Translations under genes and position numbers: made by a program
Part shown: piece after piece, positions 11,536 through 25,100 of the stretch
Position numbering within the stretch: position 1 is the stretch's first letter
How the letters are laid out: every line of letters starts with the position of its first letter
The notes under the pieces: model-generated
The model's database searches: none
Told to the model about the DNA's origin: nothing
The model's input: the letters and a program-made list of their open reading frames with translations, nothing else
NCBI GenBank assembly: GCA_965235115.1
Contig: OZ249441.1
Location: 31,310,001-31,374,000, forward strand
Length of the DNA: 64,000 nucleotides
Source: Laetmonice hystrix
Lineage: Eukaryota
Direction of reading: 5' to 3'

Positions 11536-12799
11536 AACCAGTTCGAGGCAAAGGCTGCACACGGTCGTGCCGAGAAGATTGGCCTTGCCGGTCCACACGG
11601 GTCATCAACGACTGGCTGGAAGCCCCCATCACGCCAGGTCAGCGACATGCCTCATTCCTACTGCCCGCTCTCTGCCGTGAACCCGCCTGCCCTTCTCCTT
11701 GCCCCATTAAACAAACACAATCTTCTCTGCCTATATACTATCCTACAAAAAGGCCGACTGACACCGTCACTACCTTCCTCAGCCTCGGTACAGAGCTTTT
11801 ACTTTGTCCAATTCTTTACCATGCCCGCAGGTGTTTTAGCCCTCATTTCCACAGGAAGACATAGCCTTCGGCTTACCCTTGGATGGGGCCAGGCGCCTCA
11901 TGGATTGGAGATGAAAGAGGACGAAACGCGATCTGTCAGAAGTCGACGCAGACAGCTCTGTTACATGAATATATACCTATACTTTCTCTCTGACTACCCA
12001 ACCCAAAGTCATCGTATAAATTAGATCGGTGTTGAGCTCAGTTCTAATTTTGACTTCCCTTCCTTGAAATATTGAAGAATGTGTATACAGTAAAATTTAC
12101 GCTGAAAGAGGTTCCATATAAACAGCTTAATGCCTTTTCCTGTTCGTTTCATTTTTTCATTACCGGAGTTCCTTGACTTTTCCGTTCATCCTTCCAGTAT
12201 CAATGTCTCTCGCACTTCTGGGGTTAAAAATTGGAGACCGGTAGAAATATGGGTAATATACATTCAAGTGCGAAGTAAAACGCTATACCGAATCATATTA
12301 CTCATTGAAAAGAATGGGCACAGCTTTGTGGACCTCGCGTGCCTCTTTGAACTGTGAACTGAATGGCTTTACCGGGCGTCAATCCAAATAAATCTATATT
12401 AACGCTGGCAATCCATACATTTTACATGGAGACGTAAGTGCATCAAGGCGACCCTTGACAGCCATCTTCAGCCTGCATCCCTCAACACTTTTTCTTCACT
12501 CGTGTTGGTACACGCCTTCTGTACCCTTGACCAATGACCTCGGGCCTGACTATGGTGACGGTAGCCAATCACTCGTACAGGCTGGCTGTATCCCGCAAGA
12601 AAAACTCATACGGCCAATTTTGTTCCGTGATCAATGCCTTCCAGATGGGCAAACTTCCCATCCGTTCCGAGCGGTAAGCTCTGGTCAGGATGCGCTCGTC
12701 TATAGCTAGACTGGAAATCTTATCTTGTGATGTGCATTAATCGTTCCAATTCGAGAAAGGCAGTCCAGGCAATATATTGACTGAGATGAGTAGTGTCTG

Positions 12800-13300
12800 G
12801 TGAGGGTCTCCCTCTAATTAAGACCGAAGCAGATAGTAGTTGCATGGATCCCACCAGAGAGCAATCATAACCCTACTCGTATATCACGCTTGTGATATAT
12901 CCCATGTATATTTATGCAATACGATGCAGCTGAAATTTGCTTCAGAACCATTTTCTGATATAATTTGCCAATATCGTTTTAACTCTATGTAAGGTGACTC
13001 AGATCTGGAATAAAATTCATGGGGCTTATCTCAAAATTATCATGTCAATAGTTATTGAGCCCCCTTTCTGAATAACTACAAACCGAACTTACATATGAGT
13101 CATTAATCAGGTCCTGGGGGAATTTGGCAGCAAATGTGGTCTCATTTACAAACATTTGGCCAACTTATTGGTAGGTATGTCTCTGGGCTGACAGCTTACC
13201 AAACCTGGGCCCCGCCGCAGACAAAGAACAATGACACAATAGCGACACTGACATTCCAATTGTCGACTGAGACCTTGGGATTAAGGGAGATGTTTTTTTT
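12800..13300 (-). mobile_element. Possible Tx1/L1 ORF2 remnant
   Basis: SEKGGSITID (13044-13071) resembles the post-RT GGLxxID motif; very degenerate. Confidence 0.25.
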
Positions 13301-14113
13301 GGTAGAGTGTTAGCTGGTTAACATGTTTCGAAGCCTCTTTTCATTTTGAAGATGTATCCTTCGATATATTTATAAGCCGTCTCCTGCCGACAGAGGTCGT
13401 TAGAGCTGTGTCTCAGTTCGCCCCGTCTCCATCGACTTGTTTGTCTGGGAATGAGTTCCACCCGAGATATTGTAATTGTAGTTGGTCACGTTTCTCGGCT
13501 TCCATCTCACCAGCAGTACGGCAGTGGAACAGGCCTGTCGTATATTCTACAGTCGTATCCCTGCAGGTACCAATTCCCATTATCCTCTTCCCCAAGGTGT
13601 CAAGACTGCCGGTTGGCAACAGGTTTGGCTTTGGGTCCCACGGTGTCAGCCACAGCTCGGCCCATCTGACAACCGTAAACCCCTGTGTATAGTCCCGTCT
13701 GTGAGTCATTGCCTGATGGAAATTGGCTACTTGGACAAAAATCCCATTTTCCAGTGCCAGTCCCTTCTTCACAAAACATACCGACATTACCAACTCCTAG
13801 CTGGACCCAACCAACAACAACCTCACGTCTGTAGTTCTCTGTATAGTCAGACATTTCCCAACGAATTACCAACATTCAAACATCAATTTGGGAACAGATC
13901 CTACTTGATCTGCGGCGATCACATATACGACTATTACGAATCAGTCATATTTTTACTGCTTTTACAGATCAGAAGCACAATATCTGCGTACTATAATTTA
14001 GATCCCGGCCACTGCGAGTGAACTACAAAACCTCTTTCACGAGTAAGTTCAATAAAGACCATTCAGATTTACTATGACGTAATCTAACTGTGAGACTTAT
14101 TGATCTGACAACG

Positions 14114-14700
14114 TTTATTTTTTTTTTATTTTTTTTTTTATTCACTGAAACCATCTTCAAGCATAAGCTTGTTCTTCCAGACAGAGTACAAGCAAATAAC
14201 ACAACAATATTAATCATTAAAGTAAATAATTAGTAGTAAATATTATGGATATAATGACACACAAGGAAAGCCCAAGGGTAAGATACAAATTGCAATGCAA
14301 ACCGATCACTTATGCGAGTCTGCAGGTTTACCATCACAAAACAGTGGTTCTAGGAGTCACAACTGTAACGATTGACTGTAACTGTAGCTGCAACGATAAA
14401 TTAAAGGTTCCCTATCTCTGCCGCTATCTGTTTATAATGTGCTTTTAGTACAGATTTGCAAAGCCACTATGTGTGAACATTGCTGGGTCCAACTGTCTCC
14501 ATGCTGGTAATGGCTAGATATTCAAGACAAAGAAAACCTTTCTCAAACAATCGATACGAAGTGATAGGATGTTTCCCCTTGTGAATATTCGGTGTGTGGT
14601 GACGACAAGCGGTCACCATGTTCGGCAGACCAATACCGAGCTCTTCACTGTGGTAGACAGAGCCACCTAGTAGTGTAACTTGGTACTCGTACGCCGCACC
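14114..14700 (-). mobile_element. Possible LINE 3' end with an A-rich tail
   Basis: T-rich tract at 14114-14142 (poly-A on minus); GETSYHF (14558-14578) resembles the C-terminal ETxxHF zinc-knuckle motif. Confidence 0.3.
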
Positions 14701-16799
14701 GTCCAGTCAATGTGCACCCCTCAACTTCAGCAGTACCACTGAGAAGCTGAGTTAAATTATGTTGATGTACTACCTCTGAGAACGGGTCCTGAAATCTCCC
14801 CCCTGGATACTGCTAAGGCTAGTGTTGCAGTCAATACACTTATATCAGATTTACTCTGAGTGACTTACAGTACACGCTGGTGCAATAGGAAATGTCTGAG
14901 TACTACACAGATTTACTTATTCATCTGTCCTCAAGTTATCTTCATATATATGTACGAACTATTATGGAGTGTTAATGGTAGTCTTGCATGTGTCCGACCC
15001 ATTCCTCCGTTTTAAGCATGCTTATTCATCTATATGTACGTAGAACAAAGAGGGCGTTATCCTGTGATATGTAAAACTATGTATACCAGTAGTGTCAACC
15101 GGGCTTTGATATCCAGCAGATCAGTGAGAACGGCCTGAGACTCCACACGCAAGGTCTCTACCAAAACCTAAGTGCTCTCTCACAGATACGACAACTGACC
15201 TTTAAATTCAACCTGGAAATGTGTGCTGGGTCACCTATACCTACATCCAACCTTTTACTTTCATGTCTCCTAGAGATTAGTTCCTCTATTAGAGGTCCTT
15301 AGTTACATACATGTATTTATATATGAAAGATAACAAGCAAACTGATTGATTACGTTGAAGAATAACATCATCCAATAACACTGTGTTACAATCCAATCTT
15401 TAAAATATAATGCAGCCCACTAGCCCTGGTTGTTTTAATCTCACACGGTTAATCACACGGCAAATGGGGGCGTCTTTCATCTTGGAAGCAATTTGCCTGC
15501 AGTATTCAGTATGTCTACTGATTACAAATACCGTCGTCCCAGCGAGATGAATATTACACAGCCCCTGGGGAGCACTACGGTAACCTTATCACCACCCACC
15601 AGACCTATCTATCGTTACCAACTGTTCAACTCCACATTATTCCACATTTCAATGTGATATTGGCCTTGAAGTAGATGTAAATTTAAGGCCCACTTTCGTC
15701 TTGAGAGCACGTAGTTGTCAGGCACCACTTTAATCAAGCTGAGTAAACCAGCCTCCGTTATTAGAGCCACAGGTCATGCATTATCTAATTTAAATGCCCA
15801 TGACCTTTTCAGCCTTGGGTGCCTTTTCTTGCTTGTTGGACCCCAACTTCAAGCAAGATTGTGCGACAAGCACTCAGACAATGAGTTTAGTTCTCCCAGC
15901 CTAACCATGTCAGACGGGTCATTGTGTTATTACTGACACATCCGTCAGAAAACCTGGCTGAATGTTAGAAGTTCTACGCTCATGTCCACTTGGTTTGGAG
16001 AGCTTGGGATAGAGGGCTCTTGTTGCCTCTTGGTTACGATAACCTTAAACTTTCTCATAAAGCGTCAATCCTGGAGACAGTCATAAAGCTCATATATCCA
16101 TTAGGGGCTTCAATTACCCTGCCTTCCCATCGTCTCCCGCCATTTCTAATCTGGCTGATTGACAATAATCCGGCTTAATGGAATGAAGAGTCTGCAATGG
16201 CGACGTTTTACACAGCGTCCACAATACCATTGACGGTGGAACCGAGCCGATCACGGGCGACAGTTTAAAATGGATTAGGAACCTCATCAGACCTCTTCCC
16301 TAGAATTTGCCATGAATCATTTTTGTTTGCCATCATCCGCTGGGAGATTTTACTCCTAATTAGTTGAAAACCTATATTATCAAGGTAAAGCTCACTATAA
16401 TGTCACAATGTGCACAATGGAGGGACACGCATGCCCCGGGCCCCGGACCCCCCCCCTCCTCCCCCACCCCCACGGCCCTGGCTGGGCCCTCACCTCTGCT
16501 GCACTGTATGGAATAGTTACAGAATCAGTGCCTATGTATATTTATCCGTTTTACCAAGGTGAAATCCTCACATATGTAGTTTATGCTTTATCCGTTTATA
16601 CGGTCACTCGCCGTTTTTCATGGTATGTGGCTGGCCTCTAACGACTGTTGGACCTTAGCTCTGCATGACCAAGTCGGTGTAAATCATCCTGGCACATGGT
16701 CATCGGATCAAGGTCACCATCCACCGTGAAAATTCCCCCTGCCATTTATATTCTCAAGTCATCTTTATACCACGTTTTAAAAGTGATCATGCAATTCAC

Positions 16800-17150
16800 A
16801 TGTAACATGCTTTCTTCATTCAATGGAAGAGATACTTGCATGATAAAATGCATTACTGGAGAAATTTCAGCAACAACCATCATGAAGTAATAGCCATTGC
16901 TTCTACTTATCTACTACTGACCATAAATGCTCTGCATGCAGACCTTCCAATCAATTGTCTTGTGATAGAACAACCGCCAAGCAGACCTTTTGTATGGCCA
17001 CATTTAGCTGACAAGACATAGTGTTCAGTGCTGCGGCATAGGAATCTGCCGTAAATCTGGCCTTTGTCATGCACATTTCTATCTTCAGAGAGCCTTTTCT
17101 AATCGGCTGCAGACATGAATGCCGTACTTCAGTCATAAAGTGCTTCTGTT
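16800..17150 (-). mobile_element. Possible CR1-like RT remnant
   Basis: PIRKGSL then ARFTADS (17041-17061) loosely match the GVPQGS and LFADD order. Confidence 0.25.
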
Positions 17151-18324
17151 ACAGTTGCATGACTGACGTGATCGGGAAACTGTAACTAGAAACCAGCTAT
17201 TATGCAATAAAGTCTTTCAGTTTTTATTTCTTGCAAGACGACCTTGAAAAGTGTGAAGGGCAAGTAGTAACTTGTAGGAGAGCAGCGTCAGGTCCTGCTG
17301 TCAGGAAGTCAGGAGGAAACTGCTTCCAGTCTTTTCTCTTCCCTCTGCATGAGTCAACCAAGATAAGATCATCTTATAAAAATATACCACAAGACAGTGA
17401 TGTCTTTGAGAGGTTGTCTTGTCGATAACACAATTATTGATGTGTGTTCGCTGCCTTCAGTTCCGAAAGTCCCACGTGCACAGCCGATGGGTTTTGTCCC
17501 TCAATATACGTCTTAATTTAACGGTGATATTCAGTTCAGGCTAGCCTCATTCTCTCAACATTTTAACAATATCTCTCAAACTGTGAAATATCTGAAGTAT
17601 CCTTTCGACCTATTACAACCGTTCTCCCTCAATAGGTTTTAATGTTTCAACCACACGTTCCTTTTTGGATAGAACAAATTAAACGTCACACCAAAAATAA
17701 CTGACGTTGACACAATAACGTGTTTCATTTGACCAATGACGATAGTGGCACTTGGATCTTGAAATAATTTTAGCGTTACCACATTAGGATAGCCACAGTG
17801 TTCGAACAGTATTTAGTACCAAGTGTAACGGCTCTCAATGGTGGTTACCGGTTAGCAGCGGGCCTTCGTGTAATCAGAATACAGGCACAGAAAGCTGATT
17901 GCTTTATTTTTAGAGCTCCTGCGCCTTAACGACACCTTAATTGTTTTCGCGTCTGTGACCCGAAACTGCCGTTGATCCCAGGACATGGAGCTCCGAGCAC
18001 CGGCACCGTTTACTGGTAAACGTCTTCTATCCGTTCTCCATCATCAAAGTGGCAGCATCAGTCAGTAGCAGGTATTTGATGAATGTCTGGGTAATGTTGC
18101 CGGCTTCTATGCGCGACATTTGGCCCGTCAAGTCTGCGTTGACCTTTGGCCGACGGAGGTGTCTGCTGTGCCTGTGGTGGCAGCGTTTCATATTTAAGTC
18201 CCGAACTTGTTGGCCGTGATGGATCATCCTACACACCCTAACGTCCGGGTGATCCTTCAAACACTCACCCCTGGGTTAGATGCAGTGACTCCAAATCATT
18301 GATGTCAACTCGGAGGGGTTGGTT

Positions 18325-18352
18325 GGGGTCGGGTGGGGGTGGGGGTGGGGGG
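18325..18352 (+). other. Canonical G-quadruplex-forming sequence
   Basis: GGGG-TC-GGG-T-GGGGG-T-GGGGG-T-GGGGGG: five G-runs with 1-2 nt loops. Confidence 0.7.
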
Positions 18353-18807
18353 CAGTAACCACTCCGCTATCACTCCAGCGATATATCACTTTAACATGTT
18401 TTATCTTAAACTTTTAAAATAATAACTCTGCTTTCTTCTTTCATCCTTGTGTGAGTAGAGTTTGCTGGCCAATCTCATTACTTAACGTACGTAGCGGCGT
18501 AAGATGGAGCGCCCTTCACTGAGATACACATCTAAGTCATGGCGGACATAAACAGATTGGTCTCTGCAGGAAAATGTTTATTAGTGGGCTGCCTTCTCTC
18601 GGAGTAATTCTTCAAGTTGTTTACCAGAACTTCCTAAGCTATTAATAGAACCATATCTCATAAATAGCATTTGTTGCCGAATAAAGCCTTCTATTGCAGA
18701 CTTCATGCCCCTAAAAAAGGTGCCTCCTGCTGTTAAACATTCATGGCTTCATCGAATTATTGGTAAGGTTTTGTCACTCTTCCACCAGTCTGCGGTCAGT
18801 CTGCAGT

Positions 18808-18996
18808 CAGACTATGAGGCCCGATACTTGCAGACCATGAGGCCCGCAGACCATGATGCCTGATTCTTGCAGACAATGAGGCCCGATTCTTGCAGACCAT
18901 GAGGCCCGATTCTTGCAGACCATGAGGCCCGATTCTTGCAGACCATGAGGCCCGATTCTTGCAGACCATGAGGCCCGATTCCTGCACATCATGAGG
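18808..18996. repeat. 23-bp minisatellite, 8 copies plus a partial (CAGACCATGAGGCCCGATTCTTG)
   Basis: Starts at 18808, 18831 (7-nt deletion), 18847, 18870, 18893, 18916, 18939, 18962 and 18985. Confidence 0.95.
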
Positions 18997-19867
18997 ATCG
19001 TTCTTGTAGACCTTTGGTTCGTGCCTTGGACCGATTGCCTCCCAGACATCGATCTGCTACCCGCACAGTGATGAGCAATGCTCACGACATGAAGATGATG
19101 GGGATGGGATGGTGGGGATGGACCGCGGAGGCGGCAGTCACCACAGCAGGCAACCTCAGGCTCATCACTGGCCAGTCCACGTTTGGATATCACCACTATC
19201 GATCTTGTCTGACTTTGATCCCTCTGAGATCCCAACCACCAATCTGTGGCGGGCTTGGATCAACACGGGCCGTAGGAGATCACCGTGACAAGCTTGAAGG
19301 GTCATTGAGGCTTGTTGACCAGAACGACTGGCCAACCACCCCCCTGTCTGAACCGAACGACTATTTGATGCCATACAAAGCCGATGGCGGGTTTGTGTTG
19401 CCGTTATCTTTCCTAATCTGCACACAGAAGACCTGCCGGAATGCCTATCCATCTCTGTCTAATTCATAGTCAATCGTCAAACCTTACTTCGACATCCGCC
19501 CCACGGCTCAGTACTGTCTTCAGAGAACAAACACTAAATTCCCCTCCATTGACCCATCCATTCCTGGATAAATGCAAGTCATTATGAATGAAAACATTAC
19601 TCAAATCTACTCGAGTAGATTATTTCTAACTCTGCATAGTCTGCCATCGACCGAATCGCCATATTGATATTTTCTTGTCTGAAACATTACGCTGCTCGAC
19701 TTCCTGCTCGACCTCCCCCGTCTCCATTCCCCCGAAACCCAACAACCGCCCGAGACTGCAATCACTATTAACAAGTACGGTACATGATTTCCGGAATGTT
19801 TCTCACATCTCTTGATCTATAAGCTGCCAAACTTCTGCAGTGAACTGATACGTGGAGCTCTCTAGTA

Positions 19868-20041
19868 CAGTAGCGTACCCAGGGGGGTGCTCTGGGTGCT
19901 CAAGCACCCCCCTCAATTTGCCCAATTTTTTTTGGTGGCCCACAGCCCCGTCCCAATTTGCAGCGCCTACGAGTTGGTTATTTCCAGCACCCCCTGGGTC
20001 CTCCAGCACCCCCCTGGGTCCAGTTTCTGGGTACGCCACTG
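19868..20041. mobile_element. 174-bp MITE with 15-bp terminal inverted repeats and TA flanks
   Basis: CAGTAGCGTACCCAG (19868-19882) and CTGGGTACGCCACTG (20027-20041), one mismatch; TA at 19866-67 and 20042-43; internal AGCACCCCC repeats. Confidence 0.85.
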
Positions 20042-20666
20042 TAGTATACTTCAGTAGGCTACTATTAATATCGTACAGATAGTGTTTATGTAAGTAGCTA
20101 TGTACTACACGCCTGACCAGCAATATTATATATCAAATACTGCGGTTCGGGACTGCCTATGATGATGCTGAATATCCCCTGCACATCTGATTTAAAAAGC
20201 TCAGCCAGCGCTCCGAGATAGATATGACTTTGCCCTGTGGTTGGCGGAGGTAGGTGCGGGGGCGTTGGGACAGTATACCCACCCAGTACAGAGACTGCCT
20301 CACTCACAGGTTCGGAGTGTGATGGAGGCATCCTTTGATGGTATACAAGCGAGTGGCAAAATGTTTTTTTTTTAATGATTACATTTTGCACGTCAATGTT
20401 CGATGGAAAAGCCATAAACTAAGACTCTACTAGTGCACACGACCGACTATTCAGTATTGATTACTCGTAATTTCTGGTCCATAAACGATAACAGCTAACC
20501 GAAAAATCCTTATGAATGCATTTGTTCCCTTTAGAATGCATTTATTCCATAATGAATGGATTTATTGCCTTATGAACGCGTTTAGGCTATCACACTAAAA
20601 ACATGTTGCACGTAACACAGACCCGGTTGCGGAATGAATGTTCAGACGGGAGCTGGTAACTTGGTG

Positions 20667-20777
20667 CTGCCCTCTAGTGTTCTCTGTCCCCCCCTGAAGG
20701 CCCGCCGTTATTATGTTTCCTCCCGCCAGGGGCACTGCTGTCGTTCTCATTGCTACATACCTGCCACCTAGCGGCCA
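20667..20777. promoter_or_regulatory. Cluster of three CTCF-like motifs
   Basis: Minus CACTAGAGGGCAG (20667-20679), plus CCGCCAGGGGCACTG (20723-20737), minus TGGCCGCTAGGTGGCAG (20761-20777). Confidence 0.45.
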
Positions 20778-23700
20778 GACCCGCATACAACCTGCCGAAT
20801 GAATGCAGCACTGACACACAATGCCTTGTCTCTTGCGTAACTTATCAACCTTCAATACGGATATCGTCGCGGGTTCCATGGGGCTGATCGACCAAAATAA
20901 CGGTGGCTACCGGAGAAAGCTGATCGCCAGTATTTATCATATACTAACCCGTCAGGCAGGCATTGCTCAATACATAAATCTCCAGAGGATTCCTATTCTA
21001 ACAATCAATGTTAGAAATGTCCAAAGTGACGTTACATGACATTAAAACTCCTGGCTTTGTAGGTTTACATGAGTTTAAACAGAATGTATCACTGCGTTAA
21101 GAAAATAGTAACTAGGTCTACATAATCTACAGGGTAGACTGCTGGCCTAGCGAGCCCTTGGGGCGCACGACCTCTTGGCCTTTGAAACCCATGTCGAATA
21201 ATCTCCCAACACCGACTTCTCTGAGGTGGGAGCTTTGCCCGTGTTATAAATGATATCACAATTAACCTTTGATACGGCCTCATTACCCCACTGCGGATTA
21301 AGCCGGGATATTTTGGAGCCTCCTTAGGAAACATGCGGCATTTCATGACATTCATGGCCCGGATATCGATATACAGCCTTTGAAATTCCCCTGACTGTGA
21401 GCTATCATACTATCTCAGAGCTGGTTATACTGGACTGTTCAATATGTCCTATATTTGTACGGCACCCTTATCTCCCTCATACCGATATAACAAGGTGAAT
21501 ACCTAGAATACAATACAGTCTGTACTACACACAGGCACTATCATATCTTATTACAGTGGACTTCTACTGTATGTAGACCTTGACATTATATTCACAAATT
21601 ATTCACTTACAGTGTTTGGGCTACAGACCTACAGCTAGTTAATGGGAGCCTCATGTCCTGCTCTAGGTCGAATATTTTTCAATATTCATTCATATATTTC
21701 ACTGAATATTATATTTGAATAATATTCATGAAGTACTCGGCACAGGACAATATCAAGACAGACACCTAGCTCATTTAAATCATCAACGGTCGAACAGTTA
21801 ACTTCTTTCTGAAAGGCAAACAGATCTATGGTAATGAATGATGGTTTCAATGCTCCATCCGCATCAGCCCTAAAATCGTAATTCGACCCATTAGCAAGTG
21901 ACATGCTCTTAACTGACATAATTAGTTTACAAATGAACTATGTTTTTCGACCTAATGCCTTTAACTCTCATATAAATATTTCAGGTTGGGGGAACACAAG
22001 AATGGGTCTAATTTGGTTTGGAAGTCAGACCGCTGAAATATTTAAGACTTTCCAACTCCAGCCCCTGAGGATCTTGGTCCAACAGCTCTTCGTTACCGTC
22101 TAGCCAAACTTAACCCAAGAACAGTCAAGAGCACCGGCGACAAGCCCAGACCCAGTGACCACCACCGGTACACCGACATTGGCTTGATTCCCAGTCTCGG
22201 AGACAGCCGTGTTATGTTCACTAGCCGAGCACATTCTGATGGCTGCTGATGCCACTGCAGGAACACCTCCTCTTGGAGTGTAGAATTTTGTCGAGCACAC
22301 ATTCCTACACCACGTTCTCTCCGCCGTACGAGTACCTCTCCCTGGCCACTCAGTCACGTCTCAACACGTGTAACACAGTCGTTATATCCTCCATACAACT
22401 CGTACATGGGTGAAGGATAATATAATATTGTCACCCAGTATTTCACTACAAAGACGTGCAGCACTGAGAGCCACAGCCTTCTTGTCGACAATCATATTAT
22501 TATTATTACACGAACTCTTGCAGACGGTAAATATTAGACAGATACCGACCTTAGCAGTGGTGCGATGAATTCGCAGATTTCTCGTCTCTCTTCAGTCTTA
22601 ATTAGGGTGTGACGTCTGCTATCTGATGACAATTTTTAATGTAGGCTGGGTGTTTGTAACGCTTGGCTCTACTATCAGATGGCGCCACCGCCAGGCTACT
22701 GCAGCTCCCGCTTTCTTCAATGCTGGCATGATGTCGAAAGTACTTTGATCATACTTCAGAATTATCAACTTTGAGAACACGGATCCCTTCAACTGTCTCA
22801 AACAAGATGCCTGAGATCGCTAACGAATCTCACCGTTACCTAGAGACTTGAGCACTAGAACATGACACTGCAGATTTCATGATCAGCCCGCACAATATTA
22901 GTCAGGGGAGGATTTCAGACTGACCTCCTGATATTTTTGTCGCCATCATATAGATTCTGGTACATACGACTGCACTCGCAGCTCACAAATCCTAATTTAA
23001 GTCGGTGCCCTCTGACTGCGCCTGGTGACCAGTATGCAGTTCAGTGTCCCCTGGTACGACAGCACACACACTCTGACCAGCGGCACGGGTCGACCTCAAC
23101 TGGTAATAGAAAACGCGTTCCGAGAATTCGCCGGGAAGGCCCCCAAGCGATCACTGGCCAGACGATGGTGACGTGAAACCTAGTGCATCCTGATGCCTTA
23201 TTACTGTCATGGTGAGAACCAATTGATGACGGAGCACCCCCATATAATGCTGGGAGTGGGGGGTAAGGAAACATCGGTTGATCCAGGGTAAGGCGGTGCT
23301 GCTAATACTGCTCAGCACTGCCTGGTGCCACAGACACGACTGATCATAAATATGGCCAACACTTGTAGCCTCAGGTGTTACGACAACCTGACTTCCATAA
23401 TGATACGGTTCCAATTTCTTCCGCAAGGTGGTGCCACTTGCCCCACCAACCTCAGGCTCCAGCTCTCTCGACTCCCAGCCCAGGTTTCAACAAACAATTT
23501 AAACAAACTGATTATTTCTATTATGTCGAATCCAACCTCCTCCCCCCCCCCCCCCCCCCCACACACACACACTAAAGTCTAAAGGAATGCCGGTAGGCCC
23601 CTACGTAAGCTACATTGTGTAGGAAGGTAATGAAAAAGTCTGAGTGGACCAAGTACAAGTTGCTACTTCTCTCACCCTCCACCTGTAGGCGCTAATCTAA

Positions 23701-24449
23701 GAAGTTTTCCCGTAAAGCAGGCAACCTTGTAAATCATGTTGCGTTCGGTTAGTCCTGACCCGTGTCTATAAATGTGAGTCGTTCACTGTCGTTACCGTTA
23801 ATCCTTGATCTATCAGGGTTAAATATTTGTTTGCTCGAATGTATTTCAGCTAATGTTGGTGTAGGCAGACAGCCGTTTTAACTGACAGACAGAGCCGTCT
23901 GAGCGCAATTTTACTATGCGCATACAGCGAGCATTAGCTTTTAACACATTTTATATCGAATTCACATCTGTCTTGCTCCGGTACTGACTACGCCTGATAG
24001 CATAGCACAAAATTAGCATTGATTCGGATGCCAGCCACTAAGTGCTTTCACAAACTGCCCTATAGGAATGATCATAGAAACGAGGACGGTTCTCGAAATG
24101 GCCAGCACTGCGAATAAAAGCGCACCCTCCATGCTCGCCACACTGAGACCCCGGACCGAATTAGCTCAGAATTCGTGGCCAATCTATAGCACAACTCCAT
24201 CACTTCTCCATGTCCCTTGTCAGCTAAAGCGGCTCTTATTTTGTTAACACGAGTCAAGTAACGAGGTTTTAGATATCAGTGCTGGCCCCTGGCCGGACTC
24301 TCGCCAATGTACCAATCCACACAGCTACGTCCCGCCAGAACCAGATATCGCATTGATATGGATGTATCTTACTCTTCCCTCAATTGATGACGACATCCTC
24401 CATGTACGGATCTGATACAATGAACAGACAAAATCAAACTTCGGTATAC

Positions 24450-25100
24450 AGTATGGGGAAGCAATTTCCAACAAAACCAGTAAACTCATTCCTGAGAGAC
24501 TACCGACTAAATGGTGATGCCCAATACAAAAAAATGGGTTCTTTAAATTTGCTGGCTAAACCCCTCAGAATTATATGGCACTGGCAAAAGGCTTCTATCT
24601 TATTTTCATTTCTCTGCAAAAGATGTTTCCTTCTATTGGGGTTGCCCTTTCTCCCTTCAAAACTGACCTTCACACAACGGGGTTGGGCGAAGGCAGGCGA
24701 CTGATTGACCTAATTTTTTAGTCCAGAACCAATTGAACACCAAACTATGAAAATACTGGCGGGGCCTTAAAATATCCTACCACGACTTTCTCTTTCAGAC
24801 CTCTTGCCATTGTTCACTCCCGATAATGTTAATTAATCGTTAAATACAATTAATCCCTGCTTTAATTAGTTATTGGGGAAGCCATGCTTTATTTATGCCT
24901 TCAAACAATCCCTCCACATCAATCAGGGGTAGGGAAATCTTTGGCATGTGCTGATGAACATTTCAATCTGCTTACGTATTTTTCTACTTAATTTCCCCCC
25001 CGGCTTCATGGAACCTTTAAATCCCTACACCATCGGATAATGGACTCCAACGACACGATCCCAATATAAGTTGAGATATTTTTGATTATGTTAATATTCG
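24450..25100 (-). mobile_element. Decayed Tx1/L1 ORF2 post-RT fragment
   Basis: IDVEGLFEGINKAWLPQ (24874-24923) resembles IDxxxxxxAxKxxWIxRL; EPIFLYW lies downstream. Confidence 0.4.

Noticed and set aside
13321-13350. Minus-strand CGAAACATGT hammerhead-like fragment
   Set aside because: There is no intact CUGANGA box upstream.
13408-14021. Overlapping ORFs, including GKWDFCP (FN2/kringle-like)
   Set aside because: Cysteine spacing does not fit, acceptors are poor and no frame is convincing; it may be an unidentified decayed element.
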